A stretch of DNA of 64,000 nt from Octopus vulgaris (taxonomy: Eukaryota), in contig OX597826.1 in the NCBI GenBank assembly GCA_951406725.2, positions 62,930,001-62,994,000 on the forward strand, given 5' to 3'. The notes below the pieces were generated by a model. It was not told the DNA's origin and ran no database searches. It worked only from the letters and a program-made list of their open reading frames with translations. Of this stretch, positions 39,249-51,799 are shown piece after piece. The position numbers and the translations under genes are program-made. Position 1 is the first letter of the stretch. Every line of letters begins with the position of its first letter.

Positions 39249-39582
39249 ATATCATGGCTACACTAACAATTTAACTCTGTATGTATGTATAGTTATGTGT
39301 GAGCGTGCGTGCGTGTGTGTGTGTGTATGCATGTGTGTGTCTGCGAGTATATGTGCATAGGTAAGTAGGTGTACAGGTAGGTTTTTGTATATGTATGTAT
39401 AAAAACAGTGTGACCTTCATCTCTGCACTTGTGAAGATACTTGCCATATATAATCTGTAATGAAAATCAGGTATAGCTAGGTACACAAAGAGCGTGCAAC
39501 CATAAAATCATATCACAGTTAATCTTTGTCCAAACAATGCCAGCTTGGGGCATAGAACGGAAAGAAACAGAATATGAGTGTG

Positions 39583-39652
<70 letters not shown>

Positions 39653-39654
39653 AG

Positions 39655-39973
39655 CAGTCTGTCGGTTGCGATGACGAGGGTCCCAGCTGATACGATCAAC
39701 GGAACAGCTTACTCGTGAAATTAACGTGCAAGTTTGTGGCTGAGCACTCCACAGACACGTGTACCCTTAAAGTAGTTCTCAGGAAGATTCAACATGACAG
39801 AGAGTGTGACAAGGCTGGCCCATTGAAATACAAGTACTACTCATTTTTGCCAGCTGAGTAGCCTGGAGCAACGTGAAATAAAGTGTCTTGCTCAAGGACA
39901 CATCGCGCCGCCGGGAATTGAACGACCTTACGATCATGAGCCTAATGTCCCTAACCACTAAGCCACATTCACA
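39655..39973 (-). mobile_element. SINE family B
   Basis: Colinear with 56090-56415. Confidence 0.87.
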
Positions 39974-40053
39974 GGTATATATGTACATATATGTTTAAAT
40001 GGACATATGTGCATATGTGTGTGAGTATGTGTGTGTGTATGTGTGTGTGTGTA

Positions 40054-40089
<36 letters not shown>

Positions 40090-40420
40090 GAAGGGGTACA
40101 TGTGCAGGAGGTTAGGCTGTTGCACTCATGATCGGGAGATTACTATTTCATTTCCTGGACGGGGTGGTAGTTGTGCTCTAGAGCAAAACACTTTGCTCTG
40201 CGATTACTTCGACACCAGAGCTATGGTACATCGTTCACTTGTTAGGGTAACGTCAATTCGTTAGGAAGAGTGAACTAATCTACAGCACATACATTTGACA
40301 ACTATGAACAAATCTTTTGGGTAGGTTGTTTGGCGAGAAGTTGCCAAAACCTCTGTCCCAGACTATGTGACTACAATCATATTGTCTTTATATATATTTA
40401 TATTTATATATAAAATTATC

Positions 40421-40866
40421 ATTAAATACCACTGAGGTTGTTTGAACACCTACAATACTAGAAATAAGAGCTAAATCGCTCTACTGCTGCAGTCAAATGC
40501 CGTAATCGCCCGAAACAGCAGTCGAGATATACTTGCCGGACAGTTTCGGCTTTACACCGTAGCCTCTTCAGTAGAGTCGGCTCGATTCGACTGATACTGA
40601 AAAACTCGCCGTCAGTATATATGTCTACACCATAGAAATTTGTATACGCTAACGTGTATACAAATAATTAACGCAGGCAGCGGTTTAGCAATGTTGTACC
40701 GGAAAGAAAGATTGTCATTGGCATTAAATACGACAATACTAGAAAGAAGGGCTAAATCGTTCTAATGCTGTACTCAAAGCACATAATTGTATGCATACAT
40801 ACTGACAGCAACCGTAATTGCCCGAATTATAGTTTCCTTACTGATAACGCTGAACCGTTGCCTGCA

Positions 40867-40868
<2 letters not shown>
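40421..40868 (-). mobile_element. Penelope/retrozyme-like remnant: imperfect direct repeats around a hammerhead, between TA tracts
   Basis: ACAATACTAGAAA.AAG.GCTAAATCG.TCTA.TGCTG at about 40452 and 40733. TA-rich sequence at 40390 and 40870. Confidence 0.6.
40535..40581 (-). ncRNA. Minimal hammerhead ribozyme with an intact catalytic core
   Basis: Minus strand GCCG-actcta-CTGAAGA-GGCT-acggtgtaa-AGCC-GAAA-CTG-TC-CGGC: canonical core, 4-bp stem II, minimal stem III, GUC triplet, bulged stem I. Confidence 0.68.
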
Positions 40869-40938
<70 letters not shown>

Positions 40939-41289
40939 TATATATAAACTGCATCTCTTACTTAATATGGATATACAATTGAAAGGCACACAGAGAACTG
41001 CATTATTCGTCTTGAAGTGGAGTTGCTAAATTCTATGCCTTTGCACTCATCAGTATCAAATGTGAAACGCACGCTTAGAAAAATTAGTCTCTACCGGAAA
41101 AGAAAAACAGTTAACAAGGCAGTTTTGTCGCAAACAGCTGGCTGATGGATAAAAATTTGTTATTCGTCACGAAGGCAGCAGTGATTGAGAATAGTATTCT
41201 GCATAATTCACTTAACGGAGACAGAGTTCGTCCTGAGAAAGATTCTCCTATAGAGGTATAGTGCTAAAGTGTGTCTGTAGCAGACGAAA

Positions 41290-41752
41290 TTTCATTTCAG
41301 ACCATTATCACTGAAGATGTGGGTATGAGATGCGTGCCTGCCAAGTTTGTGTCAAAACTGCTTTCTGCTGACCAAAAGGACACTCCCGTTTCCGTTGCAC
41401 GAGATCTCCTTGAGAATGATGAAAACTTCACGAGAACGATGAGATCTACACGAGAACGATGGAAGTTTTTTGACAACTTTGCGTAAACGTCTGAGCAGGT
41501 ATCGCCAAGCTTTTGGCAAAATTTTATGCAGATTGTTTGCTCAGCTTTCTCTAACATCGTCAATGCGACGATCATACGCTACACACCTTTCGTTGAATCA
41601 CTGCTGTAAACAGCAGACGTGATCTAGGACGTTAAAGCTTATTGTGCATACACTGCAGTGTTCAAGGTCAATCTATGCCAAGCAGCTTCAATCTGTGTGT
41701 TTTAGCTTCGTTATTATGGCAACTATCCGGATATTTATTGATCAGACCACGA
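41290..41752. mobile_element. Mariner remnant with an internal inversion
   Basis: Minus strand: TIR-like CGTGGTCTGATCAATAAATATCCGGA, then MLEKAEQTICIKFCQKLGDTCSDVYAKL (first HTH). Plus strand: IITEDVGMRCVPAKFVSKLLSADQKDTPVSVARDLL (end of second HTH and WVP-linker region). Confidence 0.78.
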
Positions 41753-42121
41753 AAGTATATATGTCTATGTGTGTGAACATAAGTGTGCGTTTGCTTTCAA
41801 TCCATTCATAAGCATATGAATATAAATTAATTTCCATATTAATTGGCACAAATATGTAATCCATGCATAAATTATCCGTCAATACTTTATTAAGTGACAA
41901 TATTAGAACGATTCATTGTTATATAACATTCTATCCTCTATATCTGAAACAAATATTCATTATTTATTAATAACACAAATGCATGCAGAAACAAAATGAA
42001 CATACAAAACATATATACGTATATTCAAATACACTTCTCTATACTTATGCATATATATATATTCATGTGTATGTGTACATACATACATAAATATAAATAC
42101 ATATACATATATACATATACA

Positions 42122-42201
<80 letters not shown>

Positions 42202-42441
42202 ATCTCCATTTCTCTCCCTCTATATCACTCTGTCTCTCTGTGCCTGTTTCTCTCTCTCTCTCTCTCTCAATTTCTGTCTATCTATCTATCTATCAATATT
42301 TATATATATATATATATATTTATATATATACATATATATATATATACACAAACACACATATATATGAAAATAGATTGATAGATAGACCTAGATATTGATG
42401 TAGATATGCATAGTTATATATATGTATATATATAGATATAC

Positions 42442-42507
<66 letters not shown>

Positions 42508-43054
42508 AACACACACTTATTCATGTTATCATGCATGAATGATATACAAAGACATGCTTGTGTATTGTCTTTGTTCGTTGCCAGCATATTCGTTTCTTCT
42601 GCACAGTCTATTCTGCTCTTTTTTTTATTTAATCTGTATACTGTTTCGTATAAAAGTATATATCCTATTGTATTATTTATTTTAACCCATTAATATTCAA
42701 TATTGTATATAATTAGGAAACGGATGACAGGAAGATATCACTATTACGAATCACAATGAAGTTAATTATATCTATGTTCATAGCCCTTGCACAAGTATTT
42801 TTTATATTCATTCGCTCTATCACATCGGATAATACTTAACATTGCATATAAATATTGATTATATTCAACAAATACAACGGTAATATTTGTTACAAAATGC
42901 CTATAAGAATTGTAATGTTTGTCACTGAACGCTCATAGCCGTTTTAGATTTATAGGTAATTAATATGGTTTTGTTGGAATAGTGCTGTATACTTTTGTCG
43001 CATATTTTTTGTCACGCGTGTATGCGCATGTATACATATGTATACTTAAATACA

Positions 43055-43114
<60 letters not shown>

Positions 43115-43120
43115 GGTGTG

Positions 43121-43151
<31 letters not shown>

Positions 43152-43160
43152 GTAGGTGTG

Positions 43161-43207
<47 letters not shown>

Positions 43208-43268
43208 ATATACATAAATATATATATCATTTATATACGTAAACCCACATATATATGAGTGTGTAAAC

Positions 43269-43306
<38 letters not shown>

Positions 43307-43339
43307 GAGGTTCGTCGCAATAACAGTGTAGCACAAAAC

Positions 43340-43392
43340 GGCGGTGCATCAGGATGGCCGCAGCTCTGAGCTGAAACTAGAAAAAAAAAATA
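43340..43392 (+). mobile_element. Isolated retroposon 3' tail (family C-related)
   Basis: GGCGGTGCATCAGGATGGCCGCAGCTCTGAGCTGAAAC. Similar piece at 61541-61605. Confidence 0.6.
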
Positions 43393-43762
43393 TGAGATAT
43401 GTATACACACAAACATACGTACATATATGCATGTGTGCATGTGCCTATCTTTCCGTATGTTTGTATGTACGTATGTATGTGTGTATGTATGTATGTACGT
43501 ATGTATGTATGCATGTATGTATGTATGTATGCATGTATGTATGTATGCATGTATGTATGTATATATGTATGCTTCTTTGTATGTATGTATAGAGCTCTAA
43601 CAGTCCAAACGAAACACTGCTGCATTTTGTGTGTCCAAAGGTATGCTTATCTAGTTCCAGGGTGAAAATATGTTTTGCATGAATACACAAGGGGGAAAAT
43701 ATCATTGATGTGATTCCTGACAAATTAATGTTATACATACGTCACAAATAAATAAAAAAATA

Positions 43763-43935
43763 ACGCAGCAGGAGTGGCTGTGTGGTAAGTAGCTTGCTTA
43801 CCAGACACAGGGTTCCGGGTTGAGTCCCACTGTGTGGCACCTTGGGCAAGTGTCTTCTACTATAGCCTCGGGCCGACCAAAGCCTTGTCAGTGGATTTGG
43901 TAGACGGAAACTGAAAGAATCCCGTCGTATATATG

Positions 43936-43988
<53 letters not shown>

Positions 43989-44202
43989 ATTTGTGTGTCT
44001 GTGTTTGTCCCCCTAGCATTGCTTGACAACCGATGCTGGTGTGTTTATGTCCCCGTCACCTAGCGGTTCGGCAAAAGAGACCGATAGAATAAGTATTGGG
44101 CTTACAAAGAACAAGTCCCGGGGTCGAGTTGCTCGACTAAAGGCGGTGCTCCAGCATGGCCGCAGGCAAATGACTGAAACAAGTAAAAGAGCAAAAGAGT
44201 AA
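43763..44202 (+). mobile_element. SINE family C, full length
   Basis: Colinear with 23300-23723. Confidence 0.9.
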
Positions 44203-44468
44203 GGAAGCATACCAACATGAGGACTTCGAAATTATTTGGGGGATAATGGTGGAAACCATACTATCTACCATGTTACAGTATATAAATGATAATGTGGTCG
44301 TGTTCGATATCAAGTTCACAGCCGGTGCGCGCGCACCAACACACACACGCACTCGCACATACAAAAATATACACAGATACTAACATACACACGTATATAT
44401 ACATATATGTATACGTATACTGTGTATATATATGCATATGTATATATATATGTATGTATATATATATG

Positions 44469-44511
<43 letters not shown>

Positions 44512-44663
44512 ATATATATATGTGAGTGTATATATATGCATATGTTTGTGTGTGTATATATATGTATATATATACGTGTATGTATATATATATGTGTGTG
44601 TGTATACACACATTTACGCAGTAGACAAACAGAAAGACAGAGATGTACAAAGACAGACAGACG

Positions 44664-44701
<38 letters not shown>

Positions 44702-45315
44702 CAAACAGACATATATGTTCAACTCTTGGATGTATATGATCCATATATGTATGTGTGCATATGTGTAAGTTTATGTTTCATAGTATTTTTCTATTGTCAT
44801 ATCTCCAAGTAGAATTTCTTAATAGTAGCATAAAGTATTTTTTTTATTTCTCTGTTTGTTTGATTAAAAGTTTTGTAATTGGTTGATCAGATGCATTTCA
44901 AAGTAATCGAAGCAATTCCCCTTTTCAAAAAAATGTTTTTGTTTCTTTTGTATTGTTCCTTATTTGTTATTTCGAGGAATTACTTGCTAGGCAAGTGATT
45001 TTATTTGAGGTCATGCGTTGAAATTAAAAAAAAAACAACAGTAGCAATTCAGTAACACGAAAATTGTTAACTTCACTTAAACAGCTATTTATTGTTTGGT
45101 GCGAAGAAAATTCTGAGATTAAATAACTGTTTGGGTGAAGGTAACAGAAATTGTGTGGTTTTCAGTGGCAAATATGTGTGTTTTCGGCTGTAATTATTTT
45201 TATTTGTTTCAGTATTATCTATTGTTATATATTTAGGGATATTCACTGTTTTGAAGATTCAGTGTATAAATAATTGTGTTCCTCCTTTATAATGTAGACA
45301 TCCTTTACAAGAGCA

Positions 45316-48300
45316 TGTCTACAGATATCGAAGACGGTGCAAAAAGAGATCAAAGAGGGTGCCGACAGAGATCAAAGAGGGTGCCGACAGAGATCAAAGA
45401 GGGTGACGACAGAGATCAAAGAGGGTCCCGAAAGAGATCAAAGAGGGTTGCCGACAGAGATCAAAGCCCGTGCCGACAGAGATCAAAGCCCGTGCCGACA
45501 GAGATAAAAGAGGGTGCCGACAGAGATCAAAGAGGGTGCCGAAAGAGATCAAACAGTGTGCCGACAGACATTCATGACATTCCAGACATTCCTGACATTC
45601 CTGACATTCTTGACATTCCGGACATTCCAGAAATTCCTGTCATTCAGGACATTCAGGACATTCCAGACATACCTGACAGAGATCAAAGAGCGTGCCGACA
45701 GAGATCAAAAAGGGTGCCAACAGAGATCAAAGAGGGTGCGGAAAGAGATCAAAGAGGGTACAGACTAAGATCAAAGAGAGTGCGGACAGAGATCAAAGAG
45801 CGTGCCGACAGAGATCAAAGAGGGTGCCGACAGAGATCAAAGAAGGTGCCGAAAAAGATCAAAGATGGTGCCGACGGAGATCAAAGAGGGTGCCGACAGA
45901 GATCAAAGAGGGTGCCGACAGAGATCAAAGTGAGTGCCGACAGAGATCAAAGAGGGTGCCGACAGGGATCAAAGAGGGTGTCGACAGAGATCAGAGAGGG
46001 TGCCGACATAGATCAAAGGGGTGCCGACAGAGATCAAAGGGGATGCCGACAGAGATCAAAGGGGATGCCGACGGAGATCAAAGAGGGTGCCGACAGAGAT
46101 CAAAGGGGGTGCCGACAGAGATCGCAGAGGGTGCCGAGAGATCAAAGGGAGTGCCGATAGAGATCAAAGAGAGTACCGACATAGATCAAAGAGAGTGCCG
46201 ACAGAGATCAAGGGGGTGCCGACAGAGATCAAAGAGGGTGCCGACAGAGATCAAAGGGAGTGCCGACAGAGAACAAAGAGAGTACCGACATAGATCAAAG
46301 AGGGTGCCGACAGAGATCACAGGGGGTGCCGACAGAGATCAAAGAGGGTGCCGACAGAGATCAAAGGGGGTGCCGACAGAGATCAAAGAGGGTGCCGACA
46401 TAGATCAAAGGGGTGTCGACAAAGATCAAGGGGGATACCGACAGAGATCAAAGGGGATGCCGACAGAGATCAAAGAGGGTGCCGACAGAGATCAAAGGGG
46501 TGCCGACAGATCACAGATGGTGCCGACAAAGATCAAAGGGGATGCCGATAGAGATCAAAGGGGATGCCGACAGAGATCAAAGAGGGTGCCGACAGAGATC
46601 AAAGAGAGTACCGACATAGATCAAAGAGGGTGCCGACAGAGATCAAAGGGGGTGCCGACAGAGATCAAAGAGGGTGCCGACAGAGATCAAAGATAGTGTC
46701 GATAGACATCAAAGGGGGTGTCGACAGAGATCAAAGACGGTGTCGACAGAGATCAAAGGGGTGCGGACAGAGATCAAAGATAGTGTCGACAGAGATCAAA
46801 GGGGTGCCGACAGAGATCAAAGGGGGTGCCGACAGAGATCAAAGGGGATGCCGACGGAGATCAAAGGGGGTGCCGACAGAGATCAAAGGGGATGCCGACG
46901 GAGATCAAAGAGGGTGCCGACAGAGATCAAAGATAGTGCCGACAGAGATCAAACGGGTTGCCGACAGAGATCAAAGGGAGTACCGACATAGGTCAAAGGG
47001 AATGCCGACAGAGATCAAAGGGGATGCCGACAGAGATCAAAGGGGATGCCGACGGAGATCAAAGAGGGTGCCGACAGAGATCAAAGGGGATGCCAACGGA
47101 GATCAAAGAGGGTGCCGACATAGATCAAAGGTTGCCGACAGAGATCAAAGAGGGTGCCGACAGAGATCAAAGGGGGTGCCGACAGACATTCCGGATCAAA
47201 CCGGTTCAAACCTAATCAAACCGGATAAGACCTGTTCAGACCGGATCAAACCGGTTCAAAGATCAAAGACGGTGCCGACAGAGATCAAAGACGGTGCCGA
47301 CAGAGATCAAAGATAGTGCCGACAGAGATCAAAGGGGTTGCCGACAGAGATCAAAGGGAGTGCCAACAGAGGTCAAAGGGAATGCCAACAGAGATCAAAG
47401 GGTATGCCGACGGAGATCAAAGGGGTGCCGACAGAGATCAGATGGTGCCGACAGAGACCAAAGAGAGTGCCGACAGAGATCAAAGAGGGTGCCGACAGAG
47501 ATCAAAGTGAATGCCGACAGAGATCAAAGAGGGTGCCGACAGGGATCAAAGAGGGTGTCGACAGAGATCAGAGAGGGTGCCGACATAGATCAAATGGGTG
47601 CCTACAGAGATCAAAGTGGATGCCGACAGAGATCAAAGGGGATGCCGACGGAAATCAAAGAGGGTGCCGACAGAGATCAAAGGGGGTGCCGACAGAGATC
47701 ACAGAGGGTGCCGAGAGATCAAAGGGAGTGCCGATAGAGATCAAAGAGAGTACCGACATAGATCAAAGAGAGTGCCGACAGAGATCAAGGGGGTGCCGAC
47801 AGAGATCAAAGAGGGTGCCGACAGAGATCAAAGGGAGTGCCGACAGAGAACAAAGAGAGTACCGACATAGATCAAAGAGGGTGCCGACAGAGATCACAGG
47901 GGGTGCCGACAGAGATCAAAGAGGGTGCCGACAGAGATCAAAGGGGGTGCCGACAGAGATCAAAGAGGGTGCCGACATAGATCAAAGGGGTGCCGACAAA
48001 GATCAAGGGGGATACCGACAGAGATCAAAGGGGATGCCGACAGAGATCAAAGAGGGTGCCGACAGAGATCAAAGGGGTGCCGACAGATCACAGATGGTGC
48101 CGACAAAGATCAAAGGGGATGCCGATAGAGATCAAAGGGGATGCCGACAGAGATCAAAGAGGGTGCCGACAGAGATCAAAGAGAGTACCGACATAGATCA
48201 AAGAGGGTGCCGACAGAGATCACAGGGGGTGCCGACAGAGATCAAAGAGGGTGCCGACAGAGATCAAAGATAGTGTCGACAGACATCAAAGGGGGTGTCG

Positions 48301-51300
48301 ACGGTGTCGAGAGATCAAAGGGGTGCGGACAGAGATCAAAGATAGTGTCGACATAGATCAAAGGGGTGCCGACAGAGATCAAAGGGGATGCCGACAGAGA
48401 TCAAAGGGATGCCGACGGAGATCAAAGGGGGTGCCGACAGAGATCAAAGGGGATGCCGACGGAGGTCAAAGAGGGTGCCGACAGAGATCAAAGATAGTGC
48501 CGACAGAGATCAAACGGGTTGCCGACAGAGATCAAAGGGAGTACCGACATAGATCAAAGGGAATGCCGACAGAGATCAAAGGGGATGCCGACAGAGATCA
48601 AAGGGGATGCCGACGGAGATCAAAGAGGGTGCCGACAGAGATCAAAGGGGATGCCAACGGAGATCAAAGAGGGTGCCGACATAGATCAAAGGTTGCCGAC
48701 AGAGATCAAAGAGGGTGCCGACAGAGATCAAAGGGGTGCCGACAGACATTCCGGATCAAACCGGTTCAAACCTAATCAAACCGGATAAGACCTGTTCAGA
48801 CCGGATCAAACCGGTTCAAAGATCAAAGACGGTGCCGACAGAGATCAAAGACGGTGCCGACAGAGATCAAAGATAGTGCCGACATAGATCAAAGGGGTTG
48901 CCGACAGAGATCAAAGGGAGTGCTAACAGAGGTCAAAGGGAATGCCAACAGAGATCAAAGGGTATGCCGACGGAGATCAAAGGGGTGCCGACAGAGATCA
49001 GATGGTGCCGACAGAGACCAAAGAGAGTGCCGACAGAGATCAAAGGGGATGCCGACAGAGATCAAAGGGGATGCCGACGGAGATCAAAGGGAGTGCCGAC
49101 AGAGATCAAAGGGGATGCCGACGGAGATCAAAGAGGGTGTCGACAGAGATCAAAGGATGCCGACAGAGATCAAAGTGGGTGCCGACAGAGATCAAAATGG
49201 TGCCGACAGAGATCACATATGGTGCCGACAGAGATCAAAGACGGTGCCGAAAAACCGGTTCAAACCGATTCAAACCGAATCAAACCGGTTCAAACCGGAT
49301 CAAACCGGTTCAAACCTGATCAAACCGGATCAGACCTGTTCAGACCGGATCAAACCGGTTCAAAGATGGGGATACCGACAGAGATCAAAGGGGATGCCGA
49401 CAGAGATCAAAGAGGGTACCGACAGAGATCAAAGGGGTGCCGACAGATCACAGATGGTGCCGACAAAGATCAAAGGGGATGCCGACAGAGATCAAAGGGG
49501 ATGCCGACAGAGATCAAAGAGGGTGCCGACAGAGATCAAAGAGAGTACCGACAGAGATCAAAGAGGGTGCCGACAGAGATCAAAGGGGGTGCCGACAGAG
49601 ATCAAAGAGGGTGCCGACAGAGATCAAAGATAGTGTCGACAGACATCAAATGGGATGCCGACAGAGATCAAAGACGGTGCCGACAGAGATCAAAGGGGTG
49701 CGGACAGAGATCAAAGATAGTGTCGACAGAGATCAAAGGGGTGTCGACAGAGATCAAAGGGGATGCCGACAGAGATCAAAGGGGATGCCGACGGAGATCA
49801 AAGGGGGTGCCGACAGAGATCAAAGGGGATGCCGACGGAGATCAAAGAGGGTGCCGACAGAGATCAAAGATAGTGCCGACATAGATCAAAGGGGTTGCCG
49901 ACAGAGATCAAAGGGAGTGTCGACATAGATCAAAGGGAATGCCGACAGAGATCAAAGGGGATGCCGACAGAGATCAAAGGGGATGCCGACGGAGATCAAA
50001 GAGGGTGCCGACAGAGATCAAAGGGGATGCCGACGGAGATCAAAGAGGGTGCCGACATAGATCAAAGGTTGCCGACAGAGATCAAAGAGGATGCCGACAG
50101 AGATCAAAGGGGGTGCCGACAGACATTCCGGATCAAACCGGTTAAAACCTAATCAAACCGGATAAGACCTGTTCAGACCGGATCAAACCGGTTCAAAGAT
50201 CAAAGACGGTGCCGACAGAGATCAAAGACGGCGCCGACAGAGATCAAAGATAGTGCCGACAGAGATCAAAGGCGTTGCCGACAGAGATCAAAGGGAGTGC
50301 CAACAGAGGTCAAAGGGAATGCCGACATAGATCAAAGGGTATGCCGACGGAGATCAAAGAGGGTGCCGACAGAGATCAAAGGGGTGCCGACAGAGATCAG
50401 ATGGTGCCGACAGAGATCAAAGAGAGTGCCGACAGAGATCAAAGGGGATGCCGACAGAGATCAAAGGGGATGCCGACGAAGATCAAAGGGGTGCCGACAG
50501 AGATCAAAGGGGATGCCGACGGAGATCAAAGAGGGTGTCGACAGAGATCAAAGGATGCCGACAGAGATCAAAGTGGGTGCCGACAGAGATCAAAATGGTG
50601 CCGACAGAGATCACATATGGTGCCGACAGGGATCAAAGGGGGTGCCGACATAGATCAAAGAGAGTACCGACATATATCAAAGAGGGTGCCGACAGAGATC
50701 AAAGGGGTGCCGACAGAGATCAAAGAGAGGACCGACATAGATCAAAGATAGTGTCGACAGACATCAAAGGGGATGTCGACAGAGATCAAAGAGAGTGCCG
50801 ACAGAGATCAAAGATAGTGTCGACAGACATCAAAGGGGATGCCGACAGAGATCAAAGACGGTGCCGACAAATCGGTTCAAACCGGTTCAAACCGGATCAA
50901 ACCGGTTCAAACCGGTTCAAACCGGTTTAGACCGGTTCAAACCGGTACAAACCGGATCAAACCGGTTCAAACCGGATCAGACCTGTTCAGACCGGATCAA
51001 ACCGTTTCAAAGATCAAAGACGGTGCAAACAAAGATCAAAGACGGTGCCGACAGTGATCAAAGAGAGTACCGACGGAGATCAAAGGGGGTGCCGACAGAG
51101 ATCAAAGGGGATGCCGACGGATATCAAAGACAGTGCCGACAGAGATCAAAGGGGATGCCGACAGAGATCAAAGGGGATGCCGACGGAGTTCAAAGAGGGT
51201 GCCGACAGAGATCAAAGGGGATGCCGACGGAGATCAAAGAAGGTGCCGACATAGATCAAAGGGTGTCGACAGAGATCAAAGAGGGTGCCGACAGAGATCA

Positions 51301-51793
51301 AAGGGGGTGCCGACAGACATTCCTGATATTCCTGACATTCCAGACATTCCAGACATTCCAGAAATTCCTGGCATTCAGGACATTCCAGACAATCCAGACA
51401 TTCCATACATACCTGACAGATATCAAAGAGAGTGCCGACATAGATCAAAGAGTGTGCCGGCAGAGATCAAAGAGGGTGCTGACAGAGATCAAAGAGTGCG
51501 TGCCGACAGAGATCATTGAGGGTACCGAATGAGATTAAAGATGGTACCGACAGAGATCAAAGAGAGTGCCGAAAGAGATCAAAGAGGGTGCCGACAGAGA
51601 TCAAAGATGGTACCGACAGAGATCAAAGAGGGTGCCGAAAGAGATCAAAGAGGGTGCCGACGGAGATCAAAGAGGGTGCCGACAGAGATCAAAGAGGGTG
51701 CCGACAGAGATCAAAGAGGGTGCCGAAAGAGATCAAAGAGGGCACCCTCTTTGATCTCTGTCGGCACCCTCTTTGATCTCTGTCGGCACCTTC
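45316..51793 (+). repeat. 6.5-kb GC-rich satellite array, 22-bp monomer GCCGACAGAGATCAAAGAGGGT, with nested 9-bp and 10-bp sub-arrays and higher-order repeats
   Basis: The monomer is directly visible. Homologous ORF-track entries recur at offsets of 1577, 1560-1561 and 1376-1377 bp. GACATTCC(T/A) blocks at 45566-45680 and 51316-51420. CAAACCGG(T/A)T blocks at about 47191, 48751, 49251, 50128 and 50870. Inverted monomers at 51741-51793. Confidence 0.97.
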
Positions 51794-51799
51794 TTTGTC

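Noticed and set aside
45692-51532. Satellite ORFs as real CDS
   Set aside because: They overlap in all three frames with the same peptide and are broken by monomer variants. No splice or promoter evidence.
45316-51793. CRISPR-like array (constant GCCGACAGAGATCAAA with short variable segments)
   Set aside because: The variable parts are only 4-7 bp point variants of one monomer, not unique spacers. There are no cas genes and the context is eukaryotic.
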